Shown: positions 25,251 to 39,344, counted from the first letter of the whole stretch. The stretch is 63,550 bases of DNA, filler included, from Chiloscyllium plagiosum (GCF_004010195.1; 4 parts of one record of this genome joined end to end with filler, not necessarily neighbours in it), one strand, 5' to 3'. Translations and numbers: made by a program. The notes: generated by a model from the letters alone, not told the origin.

Positions 25251-26576
25251 ACCTTAACACCTTTTTGAGCATATATTGAGAAAAAGGATGGAATGGAACT
25301 GGGGACTGAGATAGTTTTGAGTGAGTATGAGGCAGCGCTGATGTTTCACCCTGAGCCATTATTATTGCATTCAGTGCTACACTCCAGGCATTGAAGAGAA
25401 TGTGAATACAATAGATATATTCCAAAACAAAAGGATTAATGGGAATCATTCCAGCAAAGAGACGTTATGTAGACAAATTGTAGAGGTTGGGATATTTCCT
25501 GCTGGAGGAAAATGTGGAGAGGAAGCTTGACACAAATACTCAAGTTAATGAAAGGTCTGGACAGAGTAGGTGGAGAGAAATCTTTCCATTTGTGGATTGA
25601 TGGAGGGACACAGATTTTAAGATAATTGGCAAAAGAAGCAATAGTGCCACAAGGAATAACTTGTTTTGAAGGTGGTGAGTGGTTTAGAATTGGAATTTGT
25701 GCCTCTGTGCTTGGAGGAGGTAGAATCGATTGAGACTGATGAAAATGAAATCATCTGAAAGGGAGTTTTTTGCAGGGCTGAGACATTGGTGCATGAGCTC
25801 ATTCGTCAGAGAAACTGACATAAATATTCCTGCATTTTTGCTTAATAAAGTCCCCCTCAAGCATTTTGCATTGAATTTACAGTTATTTCACTTAACCTTT
25901 CTGGAGATGTTATTACAAGCTTTTGGGCCGGGTGGGACTTGAATCCAGATCTTCTGGCCCAGAAATAAAGAAGCTACCACCATGCACAAGACCAGAAAAG
26001 ACAACATTATCCAGGCACATTTTTTACATATGTGTGTACTCAACCATTTCAAATATGTTGTGAAATCATGACGGTAAGAAAACAAGCATAAGGGCACTTT
26101 ACCTGAATGCTCATAGCATTCGTAACAAAGTAGATGAGTTAACGGCACAAATGATCGCAAATGACTATGATTTAGTAACCATTATGAAGACATGTTACAG
26201 GATGGTCATAACTGTGAATTAAATAACCAGGGGTATCAGATTATTCAGAAGGATAGCCAGGAGGTTAAGGGAGGTGGTGTAGCTCTGATATTCAAGGATG
26301 ACATCAGGACGGTACTGAGAGATGATATAGGTTCTATGGAGAATAATGTTGAATCAATTTGGGTGGAAATTAGAAATTCTAAGAAGAAAAAGTCACTGAT
26401 AAGTGTAGTCTATAGGCCACCAAATGATAACATCACATTGCAGTGGGCAATAAACAAAGAAATAACTAATGTCGGTCTGGTACGACTATTATCATGGGGG
26501 TTTTTAATCTACATGTTGATTGGTCGAACTAGCTCAGTCCGGGTAGCCTTGAGGAGGAGTCGGTTGAGTATATAAG

Positions 26577-26885
26577 ATTAGATTACTTATAGTGTGGAAA
26601 CAGGCCCTTCGGCCCAGCAAGTCCACACCGACCCTCCAAAGAGCAACCCACCCAAACCCATTCCCCTACACTTACCCCTTCACCTAACACTACGGGCAAT
26701 TTTAACATGGCCAATTCACCTAACCTGCACGTTTTTGGACTGTGGGAGGAAACCGGAGCACCAGGAGGAAACCCACGCAGACATGGGGAGAATGTGCAAA
26801 CTCCACACAGACAGTTGCCTGAGGCGGGAATTGAACCCAGGTCTCTGGTACTGTGAGGCAGCAGTGCTAACCACTGTGCCACCAT
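26577..26885 (-). mobile_element. HE1-type SINE nested in CR1
   Basis: Full reverse HE1 with AGATT tail. Confidence 0.92.
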
Positions 26886-27570
26886 ATCTGCCATAGTTAT
26901 CTTGAACAGCATGTAATGGAACTGACAAGGGAGCAAGCTATCTGAGAACTGGCCCTGTGTAATGAGACAGGAATAATTAATGACCTCATAGTTAGGGATC
27001 CTCTTGGAAGGAGCGATCACAGTATGGTTGAATTTAGAATGCAGATGGAGAGTGTGAAGATAAAATCCAATACCAGGGTCCTGTGCTTAAACAAGGGAGA
27101 TGACAATAGAATGAGGGTGGACTTGGCTAAAGTAGACTGGAAACAAACATTTTATGGGGTGGGTCAGTTGACGAGCAGTGGAAGACTTTCAAAACAATTT
27201 TTCAAAGTGCTCAGTAAACGTATATCCCAGTAAAAAGGAAAGACTATAGGAAAAAGGGTAATCTGCCATGGGTGTCTAAGGAAATAAGGGAGTCTATCAA
27301 ATTGAAAGAAAAGGCACACAAAGTGGCCAGGAACAGCAGGGAAAACCGGGAAAACTTTAAAAATCAACAGAAAGCCAAAAAGAGTTGTAAAGAAAAGTAA
27401 GAAAGAACATGAGAAAAAAACTAGCACAGAATATAAAGACAGATAGCAAAAAGTTTCTGTAAATATATAAAATGAAAAAGAGTCACTAAAGTAAATGTTG
27501 GTCCTTTAGAAGATGAGAAGGGGCATTTAGTTATGAGCTATGATGAAATGGCCGACGCATTGAACAGCTA

Positions 27571-27931
27571 CAGGCTTTCCCGGGGTTACAAATGCTCGTA
27601 CTCACGACCCAACCTCCATAAAGCAAATTATTTTTAAAAATCGAGTTACGTATGATGGTTCGTACTAATGAATGGGCGGACAACTTTGCATGACACTCAA
27701 AATAATGTGCATTTTCAGCAGTTCATCAGCCTGATTTAACTGAATGTTTTTCTGAGTATATACTAAATATTTTACCCATATATTTAGGTAAAATATGTAC
27801 TATATACTAAGACAAACGTTTGACTAATTGATGCTAGATGTGAACCGTACGTAAGTGTTCCAACTTACATTCAAATTCGACTTATGAACAGACTTAAAAA
27901 TGGAATTCGTTCGTAACCCAGGGTCTTCCTG
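27571..27931. mobile_element. Tc1/mariner (Tigger/pogo-like) non-autonomous DNA transposon with TA duplication
   Basis: TA|CAGGCTTTCCCGGGGTTACAAA...TTCGTAACCCAGGGTCTTCCTG|TA; removing it restores CR1 frame LNSYFVSVFT. Confidence 0.85.
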
Positions 27932-29299
27932 TATTTTGTATCGGTCTTCACAATGGAAGACACTAATAACATGCCTGAAATTGACAAGAGAAGAAGGTAG
28001 GTGAAGACCTGGAAACAATCATTATTACAGAAGAAGTAGCGTTGGGCAAGCTAATGCAGCTTAGGATAGACAAGTCTCCTGGCCCAGATGGAATGCATCC
28101 CAGGGTAGATTTCCAAAAGGCCTTCGACAAGGTGCTGCACAAGAGGCTGTTGCATAAGACAAAGATGCGTGGCATTATGGGAGAAGTATTAGCACAGGAA
28201 GCAAAGAGCGGGGATAAATGAGTGCTATTCTTGTTGGCAATCAGTAACTAGTTGTGTGCTTCAGGGATAAGTGTTGGGACTACAATTATTCACAATTTTT
28301 ATTGATTATTTGGAGTTGGGGACCATGTTTAGTGTGTCGAGGTTTGCCGATGACATTAAGATGAGTGGCAGAGCAAAGTGCGCAGAGGACTGTGAAACTC
28401 TGCAGAGGAACATGGATACATTGAGTGAGTGGGCAAAGGTCTGGCAGATGGAATACAATGTTAATAAATGTGAAGTCATCCAGTTTGGTAGGAGTAACAG
28501 TAAAAAGGACTATTACTTCAATGGTAAAAAGTTGCAGCATGCTGCTATGCAGAGGGACCTGGGTTTCTTTGTGCATGAATCACAGAAAGTTTGTCTGCAG
28601 GTTCACCAAGCAATGAGGAAGGCAAATGGAATTTTGTCCTTCATTGCTGAAGGGCTGGAGTTTAAAAGCAGGGTGGTTATGTTGCAAGTATAGCGGGTGA
28701 TGGTGAGGCCACACCTGGTGTACTGCATGCAGTTTTGGTCTCCTTACTTGAGAAAGGATGTACTGGCACTGGAGAGGGTGCAGAGGAGGGTCACTAGGTT
28801 GATTCCGGAGTTGAGGCGGTTTGGTTTATGAGGAGAGACGGATTGGAATTGGGATCATAGAATTTAGAAGAATGAGGGGGGGATATTATCAAAAGATATA
28901 AAATTATGAAGGGAATAGATAGGATCGAAGTAGAGGGGATGTTTCCATTGGTGGGTGAAACTAGGACAAGAGGGCATAGCCTTAAAATTAGAGGAAGCAG
29001 ATTTAGGACTGAATTGAGAAGTAACTTCTTCATCCAGAGAGTTGTGAATCTGTGGAATTCCCTGCCCAGTGAAATAGTTGATGCTACTTCAGTAAACGTT
29101 CTTAAAGCTAATTTCTTTTTGAACAATAAAGGAATTAAGGGTTACGCGAGAGGGCAGGTAAGTGGAGCTGAGTCCACAAAAAGATCAGCCATAATCATAT
29201 TGAACGGCAGAGTCCTCTATACTCTTATGACATAACTTTTGAGGTAGGGATTAAACTACCATTCTATCACATTGCTAGATGCCAATTATAAAATGGAAT

Positions 29300-29760
29300 T
29301 TATATGCTATTTGTAGTATGACGTACACAACATGACCCGCCTTCTTGGTGATGATGCTACATCAGCCAGTGCTGTGGTTGGCTCTAGCTCAATGCCTCAT
29401 AGGTTCCAGTGAACGTTTATCGAAGGGGCTCTTGTCGTGATTTCGCCTCCCGTTCTGCGGACTCTAGGTGTTTCATTCAGAGTTGCGGTAGGTGATATTG
29501 ATACGTTGTGCAAAAAAAAAAATAAATGGATACATGTTCTGTTATCCTAGCCAAAGGCATCTGGCATTTATAACTGGGGACTTGCTTTGTCCGGGAGTGT
29601 TTTACTGCCTGTTGTTAACTACACTTTCCCGACATGGGCATTTGAAAAGAAAACGGCTTAATCTTTTGAGTCGCCGGCGAGTTAAAATGAACAGTAACCG
29701 GGCGACAAATACAGCTGAAAGTGGAACTTGCTGACTGCTGTTATTTCATAGCTGGTGCGT
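29300..29760 (+). promoter_or_regulatory. DUSP23: CpG-enriched putative DUSP23 promoter and non-coding first exon (donor GCG|GTAGGT, intron from 29488)
   Basis: Non-repeat CpG-retaining patch with TGACGTA (CRE-like) and CCCGCCC (GC box), 2.8 kb upstream of the acceptor of the ATG exon. Confidence 0.5.
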
Positions 29761-30789
29761 TGCCCGTCCTATTAAATATTGTGAACCTGACCTTTTGGAA
29801 GGGCACATACCCTATTGGTTTGTTACAAATGAAGTTGAGGTTGGGATTTGTTAGTGCCAGTTGGTGTCAGAGCACTAGGCTTTACATTTGGTCCGTGACG
29901 TTTTTATAACAGATTCGAAAATGGAAAAACATACACAATTAGGTCCAGAAAAAGTCTGTAGGGAGAAATTTTAACTCGATGATGTTTTCACTCGATTGCC
30001 AAACTATAGAAATGTAATAGAGGGAGCAGGAAGAACAAAATAAGTGGTCTGTAATTGGACAGCGTGCCGGATAAATCAAATGATCGAGGGTATAGTGGTG
30101 TGAAAGCCAAAAAGTGGTGATCTGTATACTACAGAAAGAAAAGTTGTGAATGGAATATAATGGGCTACAGAAAGAAACGAGTAACGACGCAAGCAGGGAA
30201 ACAAGAAGTTGGGGCTAAAGTTCTGATCTAAAGTCGTTGATCTCAAGTTGGGAGGCGGGGGGGGGGGAAGGATGCTTATTCCTTGAGCCAGATGGAGCTT
30301 AATTGAAACATGATCAAATTAAGAGGAAGAAACAGCAAAATCGAGGCTCAGCAACATCGGAATGGCCATCAGCAGAGTCACCCATTTTCACCTACTTATA
30401 GTCTCGCTTATCAGCTTTATTTTTCCCTGAGCATACTATGATCTGTGCATTTGCCTTCATCGCCGTTGTTCACCCTCTGGGTTCCCAGCCCATGTCTTTG
30501 GCATTTATACCAATCTTTTCTTAGCTGCAATCAGTTTGAAAGAAGAGTCAGTGTTAACTGTGCTTTCTCTCCACAGATGCTGCCAGACCTGCTGAGTTTC
30601 TCCAGCACTTTCAGATTTTGCATCATAATATCTATGATTTGTTAAGGGCAGGCTAGTAATGACCAAATGGCCCACTCTTGCTGGTATTTCTTCTGTTCTG
30701 ATGCTAACATTTGGAGTGTTTGTCCGGAGTGCAGTGGAGGTTAGGTCATTGACCAACAATAACAGCTCACCTGTTTGGGATGAAAGGTT

Positions 30790-32160
30790 TATCTTTTGAA
30801 GAAAGATGATCAAGGTGTGCCTAGTCGTATTGAAGTTGCAATGAAGAAATAAGAAATCTACAAGAAGGTAGGCTTGGCATGTGGCCAAAATTTTGGCAAA
30901 TGAATTTTGACATAGACAAGTGAGGTTATCTCTTTGGATCTGAAGAATAAAAAAGCAACTAATCATCTAAATTAGAGAACCTTTAAAATACTTTGTTTCA
31001 GTGCGATCTGAGTGTCCTCGTGCATGAATTACACAAAGCTAGTATGCAGGTATAGCTGGTAATAAGGAGGGCAAAGGGAATATTGATATTTTATTGTGAA
31101 AGGAATGGAGTGTAAAATAGGGAGATGTTCTTCCAACTGGACAAGTCATTTAGTGATACCACTTCTAGATTGCCATATGCAGTTTTTGGTCCATTTATTT
31201 GAGGAGGGATGTAATTGTATTGGAGGCAGTTCAGGGCAGGTTCACTAAATTAATTAGAGATGAAAGGCTTGTTATACAAGGAGAGAGTGACTTAACCCTT
31301 TGCCAAGTACTTTGTTATACCCGAATCTATTATGTCCCCTTTATCCCCTCCGACCCATATCTACTGCATCTCCTCTATCCAATCTGGTTCAGACTTCCTG
31401 GAAAACTCTAAACTCTACACAGACTCAATTTTCCCTTTCATGAAGCCATGCTAAATCTGTTTAACAAGATTATCATTTTCCAAATGTTCTGCTATTACTT
31501 CCTTAATTATTGATTCCAATGGTTTAAAGGGTTATGGGGACTGGGCAGGAAAGTGGAGATGAGACCTTGGATGAGATCAGCTACGATCATATTAAGTGGC
31601 ACACCAGTCTGAAGGGGCTGAATTGCTTACTCCTGCTCCTAATTCTTATGTAGATGAAAGAGTGTTGATCTTATTGAAACATGACCCCGAGGAGACATTT
31701 TAGAGTGGATACTGGGAGCATGAATCATTGTGGGGGGAGGAAATAGAACTAGGGAACACCGTTTAAGAATAACAGGTTTAAGTTGGAGATGAGAAGTTTA
31801 ATCTCTCAGAATTGTCAGTCTGGAAATCTTTCTCCCAGAAAGCAATGGAGAATGGGCCATTGAATTTATTCGAGGCTTAGTTGAATAGATGTTTGATAGA
31901 TGAGAAGTGAGCCAAGGGTTGTGAGGACAAACAAGAAAGTCAAGTTGACACTGTAAAGAAATAACAGATGATTTTATTGAATGGCAGAGCAGACTCTAAG
32001 AGCTAAATATCCTATTACTGAAGACCTTTCCATGGAATGTGAACAAGGCTGAGTTAGTTTTAATAAGGCAGTTAAATGGTAAAGGAGATAGCTAGGAACG
32101 TGCTATTATCGAATGACAGAGCAGCTCAGTGAACCTTATGGCCTACTCATGCTCTTGCGT
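30790..32160 (+). mobile_element. Old CR1 fragments
   Basis: W(Q)..F..DK.EV and LEAVQGRFTKLI remnants; 3' tails such as GGCCTACTCATGCTC. Confidence 0.65.
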
Positions 32161-32312
32161 TTTATCACCTTTATAGCTTTCTTTGGATTTGGTGAAATCC
32201 TGTGAATCATAGTGAGGCACATATTTTGGGCAATTAAAAACTGCATATTTAATCCTTGTTCTTAACATTTTACATGATACTAACTATTATTCTTTAATCA
32301 GGTGAATGAAAA

Positions 32313-32579
32313 ATGGCATCTGCCCCACATAACTTTTCCTGGATTGAACCCAAAAAGCTGGCTGGGATGGCAATGCCACGATTACCTGCTCACTACCAGT
32401 ATTTATATGATAATGGCATTAAACACCTTGTCACGCTCAGTGAGAGGAAGCCACCATACCACGATACTTGTCCAGGATTGAAGATCCATCATATAAAGAT
32501 CGATGATTTTTGTCCACCCTCTTTTGAACAGATCAAAAGATTTCTTGCTGTTGTTGAGGAAGCCAGTGCAAAGGGCGAG
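32313..32579 (+). CDS. DUSP23: Dual specificity phosphatase 23, first coding exon (89 codons; exon starts at 32302)
   Basis: MASAPHNFSWIEPKKLAGMAMPRLPAHYQYLYDNGIKHLVTLSERKPPYHDTCPGLKIHHIKIDDFCPPSFEQIKRFLAVVEEASAKGE aligns without gaps to recalled human DUSP23 (NFSW..LAG..PRLPAHYQ..HLV.L.ER..DFCPP..QI.RF..GE); acceptor TCTTTAATCAG|, phase-0 donor GAG|GTATGA, Kozak AAAATGG. Confidence 0.95.
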
Positions 32580-32974
32580 GTATGATTGGGCATTGACTAC
32601 TTTTCTATATTGAAATACACGCAATGTGCTGAGTTTTATGGTAGAACATCTTCTGAACTAACAACATCTTCCTGTTAGGGAATATATCACTTACAGTGCC
32701 ACTACATATTTGAAATACTTGCATAAGCTGTTGTCCAAATTTTTGAGATACTTTGCCTTTCCAGGGTAACTTGAGGCAGCAGGACAAGCACTTTTCAGAT
32801 CGAAAAGGTCCATTTGTAAGTTTGCATAATTCAGAGCAAAGAGTGATTTGACCATGACAGTTATTGGCATGCTTCTATTTCTGCATCAAGCCTGAAAGGT
32901 GACCAAATGTCTCTGATCCTGTGGACAAGATTGTTGATCAAGCTAATCTTGTAGAATTTCAGTGTTGGTATGAT

Positions 32975-33545
32975 GGCATAGAGTCATACAGCGTGGGAAC
33001 AAACTCTTCAATCCATGCTGACCATAATCTCAAACTAAACACGCCCCATCTGCCTGCTGCTGGCCAATTTCCCTCTAAACCTTTCCCATTCGTGTACTTA
33101 GCTAAGTATATTTTAAACATTGTTACTGTGCCCACATCCACCACTTCCTTGAGAAATTCATACCACACGTGAGCCTCCCTCTGTGTAAAAAAGGTTTGCC
33201 CCGATGTCTTTTTTAAATTTCTCTCCTCTTAACTTAAAAATATGCCCCCTTATCTTGAAATTCCCCTTCCAAGTGTTAAGACACCTACCATTAACCCTCT
33301 CTATACTCCTCATGATTCTATTAAATTCTATGAGGTCACCTCTCAACCTCCTACGCTCCAATGAAAAAAGACCAAACCTTTCTTCATAACTCAAACCTTC
33401 CATACACTGCAACCTCCTGGTAAATCTCTTCTGAACCCTCTCTAGCTTAATAATTTCCTTTCTATAATAGGGCGACTAGAAGTGGACACAGTACTCCAGA
33501 AGAGGCCTAACCAATGTCCTCATCATGACTTCCCAATTCCTAATC
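32975..33545 (-). mobile_element. CR1/HER1 LINE 3' segment
   Basis: Minus ORF LSYEERFGLFSLERRRLRGDLIE; CATAGAGTCATA tail. Confidence 0.88.
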
Positions 33546-35049
33546 CAAGAATCTCAACAATTAGCTGATTAAATCAAACACAACGTTCCTTCAGTTGTTT
33601 GTAATCAGCAGAGTAGAAACAGTATTCAACTGGCCAATGCTTGTAAAACCCAAACAAAATGTTTCCTGTTAGATGTGATTTCATTTCAGCACTTTCTGAA
33701 CAATGTGTGTTTAAAAAGCTACACTAACACCCGAAATAAGATGTTCAGTTGAACTTGTGAAATGGATCATTCACATTCATTATAAACAACAAACATTCAA
33801 GCAGAGGGATCTGATATCTGTAAATAAAATCAATATGTTCTAATTTTATTTCTCGGTGATTCACCAGAGCTTTGTGAATCAATAGTTCCCTGATGTTTTG
33901 TCCATGGAAATGCCTTGACGAATCAAAGTCAACTCCTCAACCAATCAGCAGCTTTATACAATAAAAATTAGGAACTGCAGATGCTGAAAATCTGAAACAA
34001 AAAATGAAAATGCTGAAGAAACTCAGCAGGTCTGACAGTGTCTGGAGAGGGAAAGTAAGAGCTAACGTTTTGAGTCCAGTGATCCTTCATCGGAGCTATT
34101 GGTTTCTGTTTCAGTCAACATCATCTTCCCCCGTGGTGTAAATTGTTATGACCATTTGAACCCTTATACTGTTGCATTTGTCATAATGAGTGCCATATAA
34201 AAAGCTTTGACAATATTCTCTTTTTTTAAATTTATTCCCGGCAATATTAACATTCCTTACTGCCAAGTAACTTTTTTTAAAAATAAATTTGCTATTCTTC
34301 TCTTGGTTTTCTTTTATAGTAATTGCCATCTTTCTTTCTGACTCTGAAAGACAACACAATATATTTGATACAGATTGAATTGACACTTAGAAATTGTGGG
34401 ACTATTCTTCCACATCCATCCACTCCATTTTCAGAAATAATTGCTTTTTGAAAAATTAGTGGAATTCTCTAAATTCAGACAAATGAGTGAATATAGAATA
34501 GTGTTGAATTGATGTAATTTCATTGTGTTAATGTAGTCAGAACCTTTAAATCTACCCTGAGGAATTAGATAGTATATGCTATTTTTAACTCTGCGATTTT
34601 GATGTAAATTTAGTTTTGACTAATGAGAAGAAAGTATCTCTGCTAGTTGTAATAGTCTCCTACAAGATGCATTTTCTATTTTGCTTGCAAAACTTGTGAC
34701 TCTTGGAAGCTGTGTGTGGTTAGAATTCTACTGCTACAAAGTTGCAATTAAAATAGTCAGAGATGATGAGCTGAATTTTTGTCTGGGTGTGGATGTACAT
34801 GTGCCACATTTACCATTTAGGAGGAAGTCTGTGATTTTCTTCTCATTCCTAACCCCTTGTCATATTCTTCTGGCTTTTCTTTTGGCAGTTGGGAATGCCT
34901 GATGTGCAAAACACATTCTCCACTGCCTCACCAGTTTATTTCTCCAATTTAAAAGGGGCTGGGGGAGAGAAGGTCAAATTTCTTCACCCACAATTTTTGT
35001 CTGGTGGTGCAGGATTTTGGAATGAACACCAAGTTCAAGAATTTGACTT

Positions 35050-36345
35050 TACTTTAATTCACTCATGGGATGTGGGTGTTGCTGGCTATTGCCCATCCTT
35101 AATTGCCCTTGAGAAGGTGATGGTGAGCTGCCTTCTTGAACTGCTACTGTCCGTTGCTGTGGGGACCGTGCCATTGAGGAGAAATTTCCAAGATTTTGAT
35201 GCAGCAACATTGAGCGGACCGTGATATATTTGTAAGTCAGGCTGGTGACTGGCATGGAAAGGAACTTGCAGATGGTGGTGTTCCTATTTATCTGCAGCTC
35301 TTATCCTTCTAGACGATAGAGATTGTAGGTTTGGATGGTGATGGCTGAGGATCCTTGGTGAATTCTGCAATGCACCTTGTGGAGTGAACCCACTGCTGCT
35401 ACTAAGTGTTGGTAGTGGAGGGAGTGAATGTTTGTGTATGTGGTGTTAATCAAGCAGGCTGCCTTTGTCCTGGATGGCTCTTGTTGGCATTGAATTTAGT
35501 GCAGCTAAAAGTCCAGCTCAGTTTCTGGTCAATGGTAACCCCTGGATGTTGACAGTAAGAGATTCATAGAATTTTATAATACAGAAGGAGGCCAATTGAC
35601 CCCTTGTGACGATACCAGCTCCTGAATGAACTCTCCAGCTGGTTCTATTCTCCAACTCTAACTCTGTCGCCATATAAATTCATTACTTTCAAATATTTAT
35701 CCAGCTCTCTTTTGAAACCTCTTTTGAAATCTCCTCCATCACTGTACCAGGTAGCACATATGAATTTTAACAACTGAGTAAAGCAGTTTCTTCTCAGCTC
35801 AATCCTAGCTCTTTTGCTGATAATCTTGAAATTGTGACCCTGAGTTACTGACGCATCAACTAGTGGAAATGGAATATCTTTCTTTACCCTGTCAAAATTG
35901 TTCAAAATTTTGAATATCACAATGAGACATTCATTCCGTGCTTTTAATTTTCTCTCTTCCAAGGAGAATAAGCTTAGTTTCGCTGATCTTTCCTTGTATC
36001 TAAAATCCTTCATTCATGTTATTATGCTAGTAAATCTCTTTTTCACTCTCTCCAGGACTTTAACATCCTTCCTTAAAGTGACCAGAACTGAACACAGTAC
36101 TCCTCAAATGGTCTGACCAATGATTTGTAGAGGTGTGGCATCGCTTCCTTGCTTTTAAACTCTTTTTTTTTTTTGCTTCCATTTATAAACCCAAGGATTC
36201 TGTAAGACTTCTTAACTGTTTCAAAGTGCCTGGCCACATTCAGAGAATTATGCACATGAACCCAGTGGTCCCTCTGCTCCTGTACTCCTATACAAAGTTG
36301 TCCCATTGAATCTGTACTGTCTCTGTTTCTTTGACCAAAATGGAT
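35050..36345 (-). mobile_element. Old LINE fragments (CR1/L2-type)
   Basis: LYKSLVRPFEEYCVQFWS and LFSLEERKL motifs; 35060-35560 is a different LINE 3' end (GCCCATCCTTAATTGCCCTTGAGAAGGTG). Confidence 0.7.
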
Positions 36346-39344
36346 TACCTCACGTTTCCTCCTATTGATGTTCAGTATGGCTGATGAATCTGTACTCCTC
36401 CAAGGGGAGGTGATAGTTTGTAAACATTGGCTGGGAAACTTACTGTTTAACTTGGTGCTATGAGAGTGCAGAGTCAGAGTGATTGTTGAGGACTCCCAGA
36501 GCAACTCACTCCTGACTGTATACCCCAGTGCTGCCACCTCTTGTAGGTCTGTCCATAGAACGTCAGAAAGCCTATGGCACTAGAGGAGTCCATTCAGCCT
36601 ATCATGTCTGTGTCAGTAGACGAATTGAATTGAGTGGTTTATTTTTACATGTATATAAAACATTATCGTGATAAATGTTAATGTCCCCACGCTCTGGCTC
36701 TATTTTGAATTACTGAACATATTAAACAATTATCACTAAAGTGAGTTTGTCCTTCTGTCCCCTTCTTGATGCTCCTCCATTTCTCTGCTTGACATCAGTT
36801 GGAATTGATAAAGTACCTATTCAAGACAGCTCAGGGAATCCCTGATGGACTTGATTTGTAAGTCAATCTTGGTTCATCCAGGAGATCGTACTCTGTGGTA
36901 GTCTGGAATATAAAACTCTTAACAGATAGTTTAGTTTAAATTATTAACTTTACTTACCAAAGGCAACAATGTTACACTATAACATTGATACCTACAAGCC
37001 AGACTTGAGCTAAGGTTCTAAAACCATTAGCAGAGTAGCGGCATCAGCTCTTACTTCTGAGAGCTCTGTCAGGTTACTCCCCTTATTGTTGCAAACAAGC
37101 TGTCTTTATACAGAATTTGGTATTAGGATTCCAAATAACATCACATGTCCTTAATCAATAAACATCCATAAAATGGCAAAAGTTTGCAGAGGAAGAGAAA
37201 CTCATTGATAGGTCTGTGTACACTTGACTAATTAAACATGCACATCAAAGTGGGAACCCTTGATCCAACCAAGCCAGATGGTCAATTACTTTGGCTAGTA
37301 CGTTATAACGAGAGACTAGTCTAAATCACCTCGCTCAGCTAACATGTCCAGTATCATTGTTGTACAAAATGGCTTTTTCTTTTAAAATCATCGTAGGTTC
37401 TCAGAATGCAAATTAAATTCATAACATTCCCAGACCTCGAGCTCCAGGGAACAACACTCACATTCAATCTGTGACTAGCCAGTGTTCACTCAAATCAGAC
37501 CAAAAATAGTTAAACTTTCCACCAGCTTTTGTTGTCTCTCTCGCGCGCGCTCTCTCCCTTGAACTCTTCAGTCAGTGAATGTAATTTACAGAAGTAAGTT
37601 TTCTTTCACTCACTCACTCACTCAACTTCCTCACTATGCCACTTTCAGCCTTTATGTTTTCCTATCCTGTAAGGGTAATGAGACATTCCTATTCCAGGAC
37701 AGTCAAGATGTATGAACTGAGCTTCATAAATTCAAATCTGCTCAGTGTGGCATACATGAAAATGTATCAGGACTGTTCTATTACATGCACATTCGACTCA
37801 GCTTACTAAATTACAAGTTCTTTTCCTATTGAGTATGAGTTTTGTTAAGAGTCTTTGATATAAACAAGCAATCTAGTTATTCTATATCCTATTGCGAAAT
37901 ATGCACCTCCAGCATGAGGAGGAAGTACTACCACACATTCCACAAGTGAGCAACTGTTATCACGTATCACCTTGTTAACACTGTCCTATTGACATTAAGA
38001 ACAGAAGATCCCAATTCCTTTGAAGAAGCACTTTCCTGCATTCTCTGCAGCAAATGTGTCACATTTAATACTACATGCTTTCTCAGAATCTCTGTAATGG
38101 CCTCTGGGTACAGGCTTCAGGCCTCTACACCACATCTGAGCAGGAGTCATAGGCGATTCTCATATCTCTGGAGCCCCAACCAACACTCATCCAGACAATG
38201 CTCCCAGATCTCAGTCACAGTGTTCCTCCGCCGATGCTGCCGCTCAATCAGGCACTTGGACCTGGGCTCTTGGTTTAGCCTGTGAGTCTGGATTAGGGAA
38301 TTGAGAAAATGAACTGACTGTCCATTCTAACCCCGCTTTCTTCTTCCATCAGGTACGTAGCCTTGCAGGTTATAGCGCTCAAGATGCAGGCTCAGATTCC
38401 TTTTTTAAATGAGTTGAAGATTACTGTCTCTGCCCACAAAGCGGACAACAAATACCAGACACCCACCACCCTCTGGATTTAAAAACAAGGTTTTTCTCAT
38501 GTCCTTCTAATCCTCCTTTTGATCATCTTAAATCTGTGTCCCCTGGTCAGTGGCCCTTCTGCTAGGGGGCAACAGGACTTGCCAGTTTACTCTCTTTATG
38601 GCCCTTGTAATTTTGTAAACCTTAATGAAGTCACTCCTTAACCACCTCTGTTCTAAGGAAAGCAATCTTAGCTTATCTGGTTCTTCCACATGGCTGCCTT
38701 GGCAGCGTTCTTGTAAATATCTTCTGGATTCCTCCCAGAGCCATGTTATCCTTCCTGTAAAACTGTGAGTAACATCCTACCTGTGGCATAATCAGTATTT
38801 TACACAGTTCCAGCATTCTTGCTGTTGTTTTCCACATCTTATCTAATAAAGAAAATATTCCAGCGCTTTCTTTACCACCTTTATCTACCACAGGTTCTGC
38901 AATCTTTACAGTTCTTATACAAATCTGATCAACCTTACCTTTCCTGAGTTATCATCTCACAAATTAATAAGGTGTAATCCATTCATGCTTCATCATTTCA
39001 TGCAATCACAACTGATCCAACTATACCACAAATCCACATTGCTGCCCATCCCTGGTAAACTTCTACCTCCTTGCTTATCAAGAATCTGTCTATGCCTTAA
39101 AATATTCAAAGACTTTGCTTTCGTCACCTTTTCGAGAAGAGTATACCAAAGACTCAGCCCTATATGAGGAAAGATTTCACTTCATCTCTGTTTAAATGGG
39201 CAATCTCTTGCTACTAATGTACTGATCAAACATCCTTCGCTTATCCTCGATGTTACCTGGCAATATTTTCTCATACCCTATCTTTGCTTTTCTAAGATTT
39301 TAAAACATTTCCTGTGTGGTGGGACAGGACACATTGAGGGATAT

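Larger units (their letters stand above)
26030..29235 (+). mobile_element. Long degenerate CR1 LINE (endonuclease to 3' tail) with internal deletion and nested insertions
   Basis: Endonuclease GGGVALIFK..VESIWVEI..VVYRPPN; DKSPGPDGMHPR joined directly to DFQKAFDKV at ~28105; SRFADD, WQMEYNVNKC, RTRGHSLK, VVNLWNSLP. Confidence 0.92.

Noticed and set aside
26192..29235. Functional retrotransposon ORFs
   Set aside because: Many stops and frameshifts, nested insertions and an internal deletion
36858..37426. Solo LTR (TG...CA)
   Set aside because: No target-site duplication or second copy visible; too weak to call
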